Shown here: piece after piece, positions 12,181 to 24,905 of the stretch
Layout of the letters: each line of letters starts with the position of its first letter
Numbering within the stretch: position 1 is the stretch's first letter
Assembly: GCA_030141605.1 (NCBI GenBank)
Contig: JAQGDQ010000316.1
Coordinates: forward strand, 186,001-250,000
Source of the DNA: Tubiluchus corallicola
Taxonomy: Eukaryota; Animalia; Priapulida
Reading direction: 5' to 3'
DNA: 64,000 bases
Notes under the pieces: model-generated
What the model was told of the DNA's origin: nothing
What the model saw: the letters and a program-made list of their open reading frames with translations, nothing else
Databases searched by the model: none
Program-made: the position numbers and the translations under genes

Positions 12181-12514
12181 TCTTGTGGAGTTTATTCTGG
12201 ATATTCCATAGTATAGTAGAACAATCTTCTTACCTTGTAGAAGTTTCGAGAACTTTCTATTTCTAGATTGTTCCCTGGCACTGATATATAAGGCGGAGCT
12301 GGCCGCTCAAGTTTATTCTCTTGTATTCTCAGATTCTCAAATTCTCAGATACGCTTTCTCGCTTTCACGTTTCCAGATTATCACATTTACTGTAAACATT
12401 TCGCGTTCCTTCATACTTTTGTGTTTTACTATTCTAGCATAGTGAAGTAGTTTAATTTGACGACGTTTTTTCTGGTTTTCTCTACGAGCCTTCCGAGTGA
12501 AACAAAACACAACA
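12181..12514 (+). mobile_element. Solo LTR (same family as 45338-45670)
   Basis: T(c)TTGTGGAG...CACAACA ends, internal TATATAA, near-TSD gcgat/gctat. Alignable to the reverse complement of 45338-45670. Confidence 0.75.
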
Positions 12515-12711
12515 GCTATACAATAGGCGTCACTTAATTCACATAGTTAAACCTACAAAATAAGACACTTTCTTGTGACTAATCAGCTTTTATGACTATC
12601 ATATCATCTTGTCCTATATGACTTATCGTCCTTGTCATTTCACTTTTGCCCTAGAAACAATTATGCTATGTATATGGAAACGTTCTCTTCATTACACGTT
12701 ACAATTCTTGT

Positions 12712-12853
12712 GTCACGTGTCAATCGGCGGACACTGACCACGACAGGCCTGGTTATTTGTGGCGAAAGCAGTTTTAGCATAAATCGATGACGTCACTGAG
12801 TTGCTAGTCAGCATTGAGTCACGTGCATAAACGCGTGCCTTACCACCACGTGG
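12712..12853 (+). promoter_or_regulatory. Putative annexin promoter (CRE + three E-boxes)
   Basis: TGACGTCA at 12788 and CACGTG at 12714, 12820 and 12847, in a CpG-richer patch just before the presumed first exon. Confidence 0.45.
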
Positions 12854-12889
12854 TTGTGGCTTCTCGTGTTCCAAAAATCATCGTTCCAT

Positions 12890-13052
12890 CTCATTAACGT
12901 TACCATATCACACTTCAAAAGACATACATCCATACACTCAGCAGCCAAAAAAATTGGATATGACCTTGAAATATACAAAATTTATGAAATCTTCAAAGGT
13001 TTCTTGTCAGCTTGGAGGTACGACACTAACTTCTTCAACTGTCAGTAACTAG
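12890..13052 (+). other. Putative 5' non-coding first exon of annexin (start approximate)
   Basis: Strong donor ag|gtaagt at 13052/13053. Next acceptor at 13459, ahead of the ATG exon. Confidence 0.45.
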
Positions 13053-13478
13053 GTAAGTGTCTTTATTTATCACCTTTTTACACAGCGAATGGAACGATAA
13101 TATGATACAATGTAGCAAAATTATTGTAATGATTAATTTATCTGAGATATGATATTAAACTGATTTGTAAAAGGGTTGCAAAGAACTAAAAGTTATCAAA
13201 GTCAATCACCCAGTAAGTGAAGCTGCTATAAGTAATTAATTATGTGAGCAATTATCTTGATGAAATTTTCAGAATTAGATGTGATGAACGTTTACATATG
13301 AAGCATTACTTAGTTGCTTAAGTGTATTAAAGGAAGGGTTAGTGTACTAAGACTGAACATATGAAACTTAGGTTTAAATTTTGATATACTTATCAAGGAC
13401 GTAAAGAAACTGTGTTATGATTTCAGTATAACATTGAGGTCAATTTTTTTCCAAAAAGGTTCTTAGAGGTGGTACGAA

Positions 13479-13581
13479 ATGGCTCTAAATCCTGGGGATA
13501 AAGGAACTGTTCACAGGACAGAAGATTTTGATCAGTGGGAGGACGCACGTCAACTGCATGTAATATTGTCTAAGTCAGGAG
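13479..13581 (+). CDS. Annexin coding exon 1
   Basis: MALNPGDKGTVHRTEDFDQWEDARQLHVILSKSG matches the annexin GTV...FD...DA..L pattern. Donor g|gtaagt, phase 1. Confidence 0.85.
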
Positions 13582-13881
13582 GTAAGTTACTGACTTATTA
13601 TACTGTTATGACGGCGAAGTGCTATATTTTCACTGCCCACCCCCACATTGTGATGGTTCAATCCACTACATCGCCATTCCATGTTGCATAGCAGCTGTAA
13701 GTTGTTTGTATGGAATGGCCTCGATTGGTGTGTTTAACATCTCAGCACATGTTCCGTAAAACTAACATGGACGTTGGCAAGTTCAATCTATAAAAATATT
13801 CTGCACCATCTCAGCACGAAATCAACACTATCCTCTCAAAATGGGGGGAGGGTCGCATTCTGGAGCCCTTCCTGAGTTCGG

Positions 13882-14107
13882 ATACCACTTCTGTCACCAC
13901 TGAACTACTGGAGGCAGAGGAGCCTAATAATGACTTCCACAAAACCACAGCTGAATACAAATAAATACAGGAAATAAAGTAAAGTGACTGATACATACTC
14001 CCCATATAGCAGGTTGTGGGAGAACTCTAAACCTGGAAAGAAGGAATGCAAGCACAAGAACTACCTACTTGCACAACCCGATTAACACTGTAGCTCTCCA
14101 AAGTACA
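13882..14107 (-). mobile_element. Short LTR (~207 bp) + tRNA-Leu-type PBS remnant
   Basis: Minus strand TGTACT...AGTTCA, followed after 1 nt by TGGTGACAGAAGTGGTAT, which resembles the tRNA-Leu 3'-complement TGGTGTCAGAAGTGGGAT. Confidence 0.55.
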
Positions 14108-14399
14108 GCAAGTTTCTACCCTCCTTTATAACATTTCCCAAACTAATATACATGTCAGAGAGAGAGAGAGACAAAATGAAACCTGTTTGGTTGAATGCAA
14201 AAGGTGTAAAGATTTAACCAATAAAAACCGAAATATTTGTAAAAAATCATTTGAAAGACTTAGGTTTGAACTACTGGTACTTTTAGGGGTGACATGGAAC
14301 ACTAGTTTGGTAACCATGTCCTGCTTTGCAATTAAGGTAGAGGTTGTACAGAGCGGGCCGCCGAAGCGCATGCGCTACAATATACATGTTATAACTTAA

Positions 14400-15090
14400 A
14401 TTTTGAATATAAACTTGAATAGGTACTTACATTGTTAAATAGTTTAGATAAAGCTTTTGAATTTCTATAGCAGGGAAACTAAAAACTACATTTTCGAAAG
14501 AATTTTTTTCACATAAAGCCCAGTTTCAAGTCCCCGGTTCGTATACGATAAAAGTATTCAAGTTTTACATAGTTTATACTGCAAAAGCCTTTCTGATAAT
14601 TAAATAATAGATTAAAAAACATAATTAGCTGTTGATGACATCACAAGCTAACATAATTTTTAACATCCAAATTATTCCACCGGCGTGTTGCATGTGTTTG
14701 CGAAAGCGAAAATTGAAGTACAGTACTGTGTGTTGTACTAAACTAGACAAGTTTTAAGATAAAAATTCAAATATCAAATTTACCGCTGTGCTCGCGCTAG
14801 AGCTGTCGAACGTGTGTAGTTTGCCACAAACTAACACATCTGAACTGGGAAGTACATCACCGGTTTTTTGTGTACTGCATTTCCGAAATGCAGGCGCTAG
14901 TACCCTTCTGACTAGCGAATGGCGAAATGCATGTAACAGCGAAGAACTAATGGCGCGAACGTAAATTTGTGCTTTTGTAGTAATAATTTTTTCACGTAAA
15001 TCATTTTAGAAAAAAATAGTGTCTTTCCTTTCAATATTTTAAAGAGCAGATTGTTTTGACCTGCAGTTTAAGATCGGGTCCAGGTTTACT
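14400..15090 (+). mobile_element. Interspersed repeat family B (inverted copies at ~23290-23600 and ~55830-56390)
   Basis: gtgtttgcgaaagcgaaaattgaagtacagt and gcaggcgctagt...tagcgaatggcgaaatg are found as reverse complements at about 56000-56260 and partly at 23.4 kb. Boundaries approximate. Confidence 0.68.
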
Positions 15091-15130
15091 TTAAGTTTGT
15101 TATGTTAACATAACATAAGTTATGTTATGT

Positions 15131-16211
15131 ATGATACACAGGCATACTTTGTGAAACTGATACAAACACATACTTTGTGAAACTGATACAAAGACATACT
15201 TGTGAAACTGATACAAAGACATACTTTGTGAAACTGATACAAAGACATACTTTGTGAAATTGATACACAGGCATACTTTGTGAAACTGATACAAAGACAT
15301 ACTTGTGAAACTGATACAAAGACATACTTGTGAAACTGATACAAAGACATACTTTGTGAAACTGATACAAAGACATACTTTGTGAAACTGATACAAAGAC
15401 ATACTTGTGAAACTGATACAAAGACATACTTTGTGAAACTGATACAAAGACATACTTGTGAAACTGATACAAAGATATACTTGTGAAACTGATACAAAGA
15501 CATACTTGTGAAACTGATACAAAGACATACTTGTGAAACTGATACAAAGACATACTTGTGAAACTGATACAAAGACATACTTTGTGAAACTGATACAAAG
15601 ACATACTTTATGAAACTGATACAAAGACATACTTGTGAAACTGATACAAAGACATACTTTGTGAAACTGATACAAAGACATACTTGTGAAACTGATACAA
15701 AGATATACTTGTGAAACTGATACAAAGATATACTTGTGAAACTGATACAAAGACATACTTGTGAAACTGATACAAAGACATACTTGTGAAACTGATACAA
15801 AGACATACTTTGTGAAACTGATACAAAGACATACTTTGTGAAACTGATACAAAGACATACTTGTGAAACTGATACAAAGACATACTTTGTGAAACTGATA
15901 CAAAGACATACTTGTGAAACTGATACAAAGATATACTTGTGAAACTGATACAAAGACATACTTGTGAAACTGATACAAAGACATACTTGTGAAACTGATA
16001 CAAAGACATACTTGTGAAACTGATACAAAGACATACTTTGTGAAACTGATACAAAGACATACTTTATGAAACTGATACAAAGACATACTTGTGAAACTGA
16101 TACAAAGACATACTTTGTGAAACTGATACAAAGATATACTTGTGAAACTGATACAAAGATATACTTGTGAAACTGATACAAAGATATACTTGTGAAACTG
16201 ATACAAAGACA
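15131..16211. repeat. Minisatellite, 25/26-bp unit x~42
   Basis: tgtgaaactgatacaaagacatact(t) tandem array. It is the source of the spurious ORFs at 15100-16292. Confidence 0.96.
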
Positions 16212-16357
16212 TATTTTGCTCGAAGAATCAATATAAACCCCAAGAAATTTCTCTATTCCACAAGTTACTATCATCTTTTTCATTTTAAACATGTTTTGAT
16301 CATTTGAATAATTCAGTAATTCGTTTATTAATGATTTATTAATTCATCAATTTGTAG

Positions 16358-16452
16358 GAATTTACAGCGACGAGCTCCTTCACTTGCTTATGAATCGATC
16401 ACACGATCAACGAGAGCTAATCAAGGAAACTTTCAAAATAGAATACCCCGAG
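16358..16452 (+). CDS. Annexin coding exon 2
   Basis: tttgtag| ... gag|gtaggt. Translation GIYSDELLHLLMNRSHDQRELIKETFKIEYPE (repeat 1, RS..QR..I). Confidence 0.88.
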
Positions 16453-16535
16453 GTAGGTGGCGCTACCGTACGTTCTGCAATAATTGTGGATTGGGGGACA
16501 TTTCACTTATAGATGTTATATCACAAATTTACCTC

Positions 16536-17165
16536 TACTTTGCCAAAACTGCCAAAACTTTTTACGCATAAACCCCCACAAACAACCTGCACCACACCAC
16601 ACAAACTTGTCCCAACACACCACCTACACCACACCACCCACATCGCAACACCTGCACAACACTACTCACTTAACACCACCTGCACAACACTACTCACATC
16701 ACACAACTACTCCACACTACCAGCACCACACCACAAAACTCACAACACACCACCTACACCACACCACCCTCATCGCAACGCCTGCACAACATTACTCACT
16801 TAACATCACCTGCACCACACTACTCACATCACTCCACCTACACCACACTACCCACCACCTGCACTGCACCACACAAACTTGTCCCAACACACCACCTACA
16901 CCACACCACCCACATCGCCACCTACACCACTTCACCTGCACCACACTACCTATACCACACCACCTGCACCACACTACCTACATCCCACCACCTGCACCAC
17001 ACCACCCACATCACACCACCTGCACCATGCCACCTACACCACTCTACCTGCACCACACCACCTATACCACACTACCCGCGCCACACCACAAAACCCCCAC
17101 CACAACACCTACACAATACTACCCACATAACACCACCTACACCACAGTAATCACATAACACCACA
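16536..17165 (-). repeat. (CACCA)-rich low-complexity tract attached to a degenerate Helitron-type 3' end
   Basis: ctgccaaaactttttacgcataaa resembles ccgcaaaaaaatttgcgcataaa at 35298. It is followed by a CAC-rich tract like the one at 35325-35390. Confidence 0.55.
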
Positions 17166-17570
17166 TGTTAACTATTAGTTATATGTTGTAAAGTAAAAAA
17201 TTAAAATTCTATAGTGTATAGTACTTAATTTGTACACCGAGTTAGCTAGTAATCAGTTAAGCTAATCTACAAATACACAAAACCATATGCATACCCAATA
17301 CACATACACATATGCATATACTGATACGTATACAAACACATATACATACACGCACGCATATGCACACACAGATACACACACTCACGCACACGCATTTATT
17401 TAGTAGTTATATAGTTATGAGGTTGAACTATATAACGACTATGTAGCAATTCTTTTCAATTATTCACTATTTCTTATGTCTATTGTTCAAACTTGGTTTC
17501 TCTATCAGACAGTTGAAATCGACTTTCTGAAAAATTTCTTTAGATAAGGCAAAAAATGAATATTAGTAAA

Positions 17571-17955
17571 TTTTCTTACAGCCTCGCTGTACGCATGCGC
17601 ACTTGCTTTAGGTCAAAGGTTAAGTATGTCACATAGCAACCTGTCTCAACTAGAATCGTCACGTGACATGTGTGTAAAGCAAGGCCGTATGCTGCATCAG
17701 ATCAGTATGTTTAATTGTTTTACGTGGACTGTACTTAATTGTGCATTAGTTTGTGCGTAGAGTGATTTACTAGCAGGATCTTGCTTGGGTAACAAGAAAA
17801 ATGAAGTAGGTAAGGTTATAGTTAGTTGTTAAAAGTGTTACTATTACAGCAGCGCAGGCTGCGAGGCGTTGTCAAGTGTACACAATTGTGTTGTTTGGTA
17901 CATTTGACCTTTTACTTTATCATTATCAATCGTTGGAATAGTGAAAAAGCTTACT
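17571..17955 (+). mobile_element. MITE family A copy
   Basis: Reverse complement of 60961-61358 (cgcatgcgca, taggtcaaaggttaag, tttactagcaggatcttgcttggg, gtgaaaaagctta). Confidence 0.78.
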
Positions 17956-18449
17956 GTTGGAATATTTCACTTATAAATTATATATTATAATTTCTATTTA
18001 GAAAAACGAGAAAATTACTTTCTACGTGGCAAAGATTGGCAGTAGCTGGTTATTACCTAAATCTAATTTAGCTGCGATAGCAAAAGTTTCGAAAGTCCAA
18101 AATCAACATGTAAATCTCTATTATCTTTATTTTCTGCAATATCTTCTAAGTTAATGCACGTTATACATAAGAATTCGTATTAATGTTACCTAGATTAGAT
18201 GTCAAATGTTCTCTGTGCACGAACATTAAGCAGAAAGTTTATTTGAGCTGCATAATTCAAAGTTTCTCTCTCTTGATATTAGTGAATGAAACATCGAAAC
18301 TAAAATCCGCACTTTATTACATGGTAACTCACTTTACAGTCTTGACCAAAATAAAACAATTTTTTATCTAACGCAGGAATTTATAAAAGCTTCTAGTCGA
18401 TTCAGTAAACAGTAATTTAAGATTCTGTATTTAATGTACTGTCATTATT

Positions 18450-19397
18450 AAAACAAAGGTATCTATATCTAATAATTAATCTCTCAACTTTATAAGAGTA
18501 TTTACTAATTCCTCAGGTATGTTAATCAGTTTTGTTCTGTAAAACAAAGGTATCTATATCTAATAATTAATGTCTCAACTTTATAATAGAGCATTTACTG
18601 ATTCCTCAGGTATGTTAATCAGTTTTGTTCTGTAAAACAAAGGTATCTAAATCTAATAATTAATGTCTCAACTCTATAATAGAGCATTTACTAGTTCCTC
18701 AGGTATGTTAATCAGTTTTGTTCTGTAAAACAAAGGTATCTAAATCTAATAATTAATGTCTCAACTCTATAATAGAGCATTTACTAGTTCCTCAGGTATG
18801 TTAATCAGTTTTGTTCTGTAAAACAAAGGTATCTAAATCTAATAATTAATGTCTCAACTCTATAATAGAGCATTTACTAGTTCCTCAGGTATGTTAATCA
18901 GTTTTGCAAAACAAATTCTGTAAAACAAAGGTATCTAAATCTAATAATTAATGTCTCAACTCTATAATAGAGCATTTACTAGTTCCTCAGGTATGTTAAT
19001 CAGTTTTGTTCTGTAAAACAAAGGTATCTAAATCTAATAATTAATGTCTCAACTCTATAATAGAGCATTTACTAATTCATCAGGTATGTTAATCAGTTTT
19101 GTTCTGTAAAACAAAGGTATCTATATCTAATAATTAATGTCTCAACTTTATAATAGAGCATTTACTAATTCCTCAGGTATGTTAATCAGTTTTGTTCTGT
19201 AAAACAAAGGTATCTAAATCTAATAATTAATGTCTCAACTCTATAATAGAGCATTTACTAGTTCCTCAGGTATGTTAATCAGTTTTGTTCTGTAAAACAA
19301 AGGTATCTAAATCTAATAATTAATGTCTCAACTCTATAATAGAGCATTTACTAGTTCCTCAGGTATGTTAATCAGTTTTGTTCTGTAAAACAAAGGT
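18450..19397. repeat. Minisatellite, 93-bp unit x~10
   Basis: aaaacaaaggtatctaaatctaataattaatgtctc...ttcctcaggtatgttaatcagttttgttctgt, period 93 (18541, 18634 and onward). Confidence 0.94.
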
Positions 19398-19452
19398 GAT
19401 AGAAAATAAACATGTAGAAAATAGTAATGAAAATCTTTGACTTCCATTTCAG

Positions 19453-19572
19453 GGAGTTGATTATTATATAGAACTGGCTTCATATATTCATAAATATTGC
19501 AAAGATTTCGTCCAAGCCATGCTGCTAGATGAAGACATTTTTGATGCCACATGTTTAATTAAAGCTGTTAAG
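19453..19572 (+). CDS. Annexin coding exon 3
   Basis: ccatttcag| ... aag|gtttgt, 120 nt, phase 0-0. Translation GVDYYIELASYIHKYCKDFVQAMLLDEDIFDATCLIKAVK. Confidence 0.85.
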
Positions 19573-19755
19573 GTTTGTTTGGTTGATTTAATTTTGATTG
19601 ATTATAATTTTATTTCAGAGATGAAAGCCAATATAAAATACAATGCATAAAATTCGTGAAATTAAAATTTCCTTGACTGAAATAAAAATTAAATGAATTG
19701 AATACCAACACATAAATACAAGCACACGATTACAAAGACATTTACACGATAATTA

Positions 19756-20554
19756 TCTATACTCTTATATGAATATTCTTGGTATATATATTTATATATA
19801 TATAAGATTCGAGGCTACAGCTTCGACGACGGCACCATTTGCGGCGATCTATACATCAAACGAAAGGTCTCGATCTAGTGTCGTGCCATTGATGGTTTGT
19901 TTTTCGAATCGGGCCCACCGGAAGGAAGGGGAGGCGAAAAACCTCCAAAAATGGCCCTTTTTCGGCCGTTTTTTGCAAAAGTTATACGGCTGAGATGTAG
20001 AGAACGGGAATGGGCCGAGGGGTGTGCTGGGTATGGATAGATAGCCCGTTCAGCGGTGGGTGTAGTAGGCATATTTAGAATTCCCGAGAGGGCCAGGGCG
20101 CCCCGCAACGGGCGTTTTCCCGGACCCAACTCGCGATTTTTTCGAAATTTTGACCTAATAGCATGCGGGAAAAACGTTCTAGCGTCGCCCGGTGGGACTC
20201 TCGGAAGAAGATATGGGGCTCTTTACAAAGAGGAATGACAGGGCTACACGATGGTGAGGGCTATATGTTGGGACAGGTCCACCGAGAGAAGTACCGACGA
20301 GTTAATTAGAGGTTCCATTTTCGGCAATTTTCGCTTAGAAAACTGTTGACGCAAAGCCATTATTCTGACGTCATCCATTATTTCTTATAGCTTTAATTCA
20401 GCAAACGCTCTATAGGCTTTGCGTTAGATAAACAGACATACAGTAGGCAGGATGTTACGGGCTTTGTGTAATAAATGAGGACTAGGTAGGATGTTCGCGT
20501 GTTATTGATTACACCTGGTTTTTTACGCAAAATCTTTTGCGGGGCCTTTGCTAG
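19756..20554 (+). mobile_element. Non-autonomous Helitron, apparently full length
   Basis: A|TCTATACTC 5' end. 3' hairpin CGCAAAA-tc-TTTTGCG followed by CTAG|T, so inserted between A and T. Related copies at 34181-34340 and 50558-50942. Confidence 0.85.
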
Positions 20555-21018
20555 TATTATATTAATACACAATCATAAAACGTGTTAACTAAAGTTCATA
20601 AACTCAAGTAATAAAATAAAATCGTTGGGTCTACGGAACAGGAGTGATGTCGATTACAAGTGACATGTATGTAAATTTCTCATGCATATTCAACAGCACG
20701 TATACCAGCTTTGGAAAATGTGGGTTCAAAGACTATGTGGGGGGGGGGTCAAAGAGCCTTAGGAGCATTGTAAATCCTCAGACTGTGAGTTCACTATCAT
20801 TTTGATCGACCTCGTTTCATAAGTTGGTCTACTATTATTTTGATTAGGTCTACTATATATTATATTGATTGGCAAGCTGCCCCTTCCGTTAGGAGTTAGG
20901 TTTAGTATGGGGATTTTGGGGCTATGGGGCTAATTTGGCTGTAAACAACACTGTTAGAGTTAAAATATACAAGAACGTGTTTTATAGTTTGTTTGTGTGT
21001 TCGTGTGTGTGTGTGTGC

Positions 21019-21098
<80 letters not shown>

Positions 21099-21308
21099 GT
21101 GTTTATAATATGGTAGCACTACATCAAATATCTGTGCTATTATAGAATGTTAATAATAATAATAATAATAATGATGATGATGATGATGATGATAAATAAT
21201 ACATATATAAACACACATATATACATACATAATAAATATATAAACATCTGACCTGCTGACATAAATTTATCGTCAATATATCATTGGAAATGTGCTCGAT
21301 TTGCTTAG

Positions 21309-21399
21309 GGTCCAGGCACAGACGAGGACACGTTGATAGAAGTTCTCGGTTCTAAATCCTACGAAAGTCGAAAAGCCATCATAGAAAAAGGCAAGAGAG
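21309..21399 (+). CDS. Annexin coding exon 4
   Basis: ttgcttag| GPGTDEDTLIEVLGSKSYESRKAIIEKGKR |gtaagt. Canonical GxGTDE motif. Confidence 0.93.
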
Positions 21400-21533
21400 G
21401 TAAGTACGTTCCATCATCATCATCATCTTAGGTTATGCAACACAGCACCTCTCATAATTTGATGCCGTACTCCCCGTATGTTATCAAGTATCTACATTGT
21501 TTAAGACGACAAGTGGAGTTTTTGCTTTCGTTA

Positions 21534-22010
21534 TTTTAATTTTGTTTATTCGCGACTAGCATGCATTCAACATTTAATGACTATTATGTCACTGCTTTCA
21601 TCATTAAGCTGCAGTGATGTCACTGCTTCCATCATCATGGCAATTATATCACAACTTTACTCATTAAGCTGCAGTGATGTCACTGCATTCATCATTAAGC
21701 TGCAGTGATGTCACTGCTTTCATCATTAAGCTGCAGTGATGTCACTGCTTTCATCATTAAGCTGCAAAGATGTCACTGCTTTCATCATTAAGCTGCAGTG
21801 ATGTCACTGCTTTCATCATTAAGCTGGAAAGATGTCACTGCTTTCATCATTAAGCTGCAAAGATGTCACTGCTTTCATCATTAAGCTGCAAAGATGTCAC
21901 TGCTTTCATCATTTTAATTTTGTTTATTCGTGACTAGCACGCATTCAACATTTAATGATTATTATGTCACTGCTTTCATCATTTTAATTTTGTTTATTCG
22001 TGACTAGCAT
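21534..22010. repeat. 31-bp minisatellite with duplicated flanks
   Basis: tgtcactgctttcatcattaagctgcagtga units, bracketed by repeated ttttaattttgtttattcg(c/t)gactagca segments. Confidence 0.88.
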
Positions 22011-23123
22011 ACATACACGGCAAAATGCTACGTGCATATTTACAATAAGGACATACACGGTACATTTAAGTTCAAGATTGTATTACCAAGTTAACTCCTT
22101 TATATTAAACTACAGTACTTCCTAATGATGGTTGCTAAAAATATTTATTTCATTAACTTTTAAAGTGAAAAAGCTTTTTGCGATTAATCAGTGTTGTATC
22201 TGTGGTGCTTTAAAATTAGTGGCAATAGATTTCACGGTTTACAAGCACCTTGCGCTAACTGATTCTAGTTCTGACAGAAGATATTACCAACTCAACATTA
22301 TGTTGTACTTTTGGCTGTGAATTTAGTTAACTTATCATTTTTCTTGTGTTTTGCACGGCAGTGCGTAGTTGTGTTGTTCAGAGATGCACTTTACCTCCTT
22401 CAGGACCGTAAGTGTTTGATGCATTTTGCACAGGTTCATGAAAACCTGCTATCACTAAGCAGTGATTACATTACATTTGACATTTTTTGCTGAGCTCTCC
22501 TACACACACAATGGTTTTTCATGCAAAAAATCGATTTTTAAGTAAGAACTGAAAAAAGCTTTCAGTAACTACACTGTTTGCACGGTAGCAATGTTCAGAA
22601 TCACTTGTGTGAAATTGCGAATGCAAAAAAAATCAATTATCCAGACACAACACACTGATACACTTTGCCCTCAAGTCTACTCTGTTTTAGGGACAATTCC
22701 TGTTAAAAGATTAAACGACCTTTAAACTCCTTGCTGGTCAGTTGGCTTTTCCTGGAAATTGGTACAGCAGACAGTTCTCTAAGGTTGTAGTAAGAGATGA
22801 TCAATAAAATAGTGTGTGAGATCATGCAGTTGTACACCAGTCTAAGCTACCTAATAGGCTGAATTGGTGTGCCCGAAAAGGGCATATTTTTCTTAACTAT
22901 AACCGATTAAATCACTTTTAAATGTTTAAGCCAAATGCATGGTTGGATAGCAGAAGTTCTCCTCAATAGAACAGTACCTAATTTGTAATCATTTAGTTAT
23001 GTCTGTGCTCATACAGTAGCAGAAAAGTCTTGGTTCTTATAAGACCAATTTGAATGGTGCGGTCCTGAAGGAGGTAGTTCATTTAGCTAAATAACTTTCT
23101 TACGATTTTGTATTTTCTTTTAG

Positions 23124-23203
23124 TTTTAGGAGCTGATATATATGACTTAATCCATGACGATACATCAGGCCCTTTGAGGATGCTGTTTATCACTTTGATT
23201 AGG
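23124..23203 (+). CDS. Annexin coding exon 5
   Basis: ttcttttag| VLGADIYDLIHDDTSGPLRMLFITLIR |gtaagc. 80 nt, DTSG motif. Confidence 0.92.
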
Positions 23204-24190
23204 GTAAGCACGGGAGCTAATTACATGGATTATTACATAAATTATGCTTGTTCTGAAATATTTGTCACTAACACTAACCCTAATTCTCATTTGCGGGTTA
23301 GACGAAAATTGGGCCCAATCTTAAACTATAGATTAAACCCATCGACTTTGTAAAGTATTTATAGGGAACATACTATTTTTTCAAATTTGACTTAGCCTGA
23401 AAGAGTTGTTACTACCAAATGCAGTTCTACATTTGCATGGTTAGTTCTTTATAGTTGCGTCCATTTTGCCATTCGTTAGTTAATGTGCACAAGCACCTGC
23501 ATCTAGGCAACGTGTTGCACAAAAGACATGTGCTGTACCTCTCAGTTCAGAGGTATTCAGTTGTGAGAGCTCAAGCATCAGCACAGCAGTAAATTTCAAA
23601 TTTAAATTTCAAAAAGGCGATTTTACAAATTTGCATTAAATTCTGAAGACTTTACTAAACACAAACATTAAGCAAACCTAATTTGGTAATTTACTAATTT
23701 ATACCACGTTCCATCGAATTTATAAATTGTCATTCATTAAACTAAAATGTTCAAAGTGATCAGTTCATTCAAATTAATACAAAATGATGTATTTACTTAC
23801 ATCGTATGTCTCCATAAAGCAAATCTAGTATTTACCAATATATCATACTGTGAAAAACTACTTTTAAAGAAGCCTGTTAACGTCTACCAACTAACTCACT
23901 TGCCCAGGTAGAAACAGATCTGCACAGGTGAGTGATCGTGGTCACGTGACCAACGAGATACTTAGCGAAATTTCCTACATTAAAATGTATACATTTACTT
24001 CAAAATGGGGTAGAATATTAGAAATCATCGCGTTTTTCTTAATACTTACAGTTTTAGTTGTTGCTGTGTAAAAAAAACCACGACAGCATTAATGGCTGAG
24101 CATTTGAAATGGTGTCTAGGCGTTTTGTTCTTGACACCACTCAGAAAGTACTATTGTGCCGTTCTAAGCAGGTTAATCACCTTTCTAACC

Positions 24191-24512
24191 AGCCTTTTCA
24201 CAGTTCCTGCAATTGAGGATGATCGTGATTAGGTCAAAGGTTAAATGTTCCAGACAATACATTTGTGTATGCTCGACAACGCCGCACAGCCAAGTTATTA
24301 TGCCTTTTTCTTCCAAGCAGGACCCTCACTTCTTGCACAGATCAAAACATCATTAAGTAAATGTCACGTAAAACAACTAATGCTACTGAACTGAGCAGCA
24401 GCAGCTTTGCTTTACCCACATATCACTTGGCGGGAGTAGTTAAACCATATTGCTGTGGAACAGTTGACCTTTGACGCACAGCGCGTGCGCACAATGAAAC
24501 TGTAAAAAGCCT
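24191..24512 (-). mobile_element. MITE family A copy
   Basis: agccttttcacagttcc...aaactgtaaaaagcctt. Same orientation as 60961-61358. Confidence 0.72.
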
Positions 24513-24602
24513 TGCTACCTCTAATACCATTTTTCCAACCCATGTTGTTGTTGTGTCCAACGTTGATTAGAGATGTAGGGATGCACTCCTAATACTTTTC
24601 AG

Positions 24603-24843
24603 ACTAAAAGAACGCCAGAAGACATAGCAGTAAACGAGACACCAGAAGGGGTAAAGGCAGATGCCAGTAAATTGAAGAACGAAGGGATACAGGGAAATAT
24701 CGACTGTTTATTTGCAACCAGGTCCCATTTGCACATGCGCCAAGTTTTTGATGTTTATTACATAATTGCATACAGGACAATTGATCACAACATTAGAAAG
24801 GAAACTGGTGGAGGATCATATTGCCGGCATCTTTTGGATATGG
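24603..24843 (+). CDS. Annexin coding exon 6 (repeat 3)
   Basis: cttttcag| TKRTPEDIAVNETPEGVKADASKLKNEGIQGNIDCLFATRSHLHMRQVFDVY...IRKETGGGSYCRHLLDM g|gtatgt. Confidence 0.9.
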
Positions 24844-24905
24844 GTATGTGTTTATTTAGAATACATATATATTATTACGAAGGCAGATTTTGACTAACCC
24901 TATAA

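Noticed and set aside
15100-16292. Several long ORFs (150-390 aa) on the minus strand
   Set aside because: They are translations of the 25/26-bp minisatellite and have no unique coding content.
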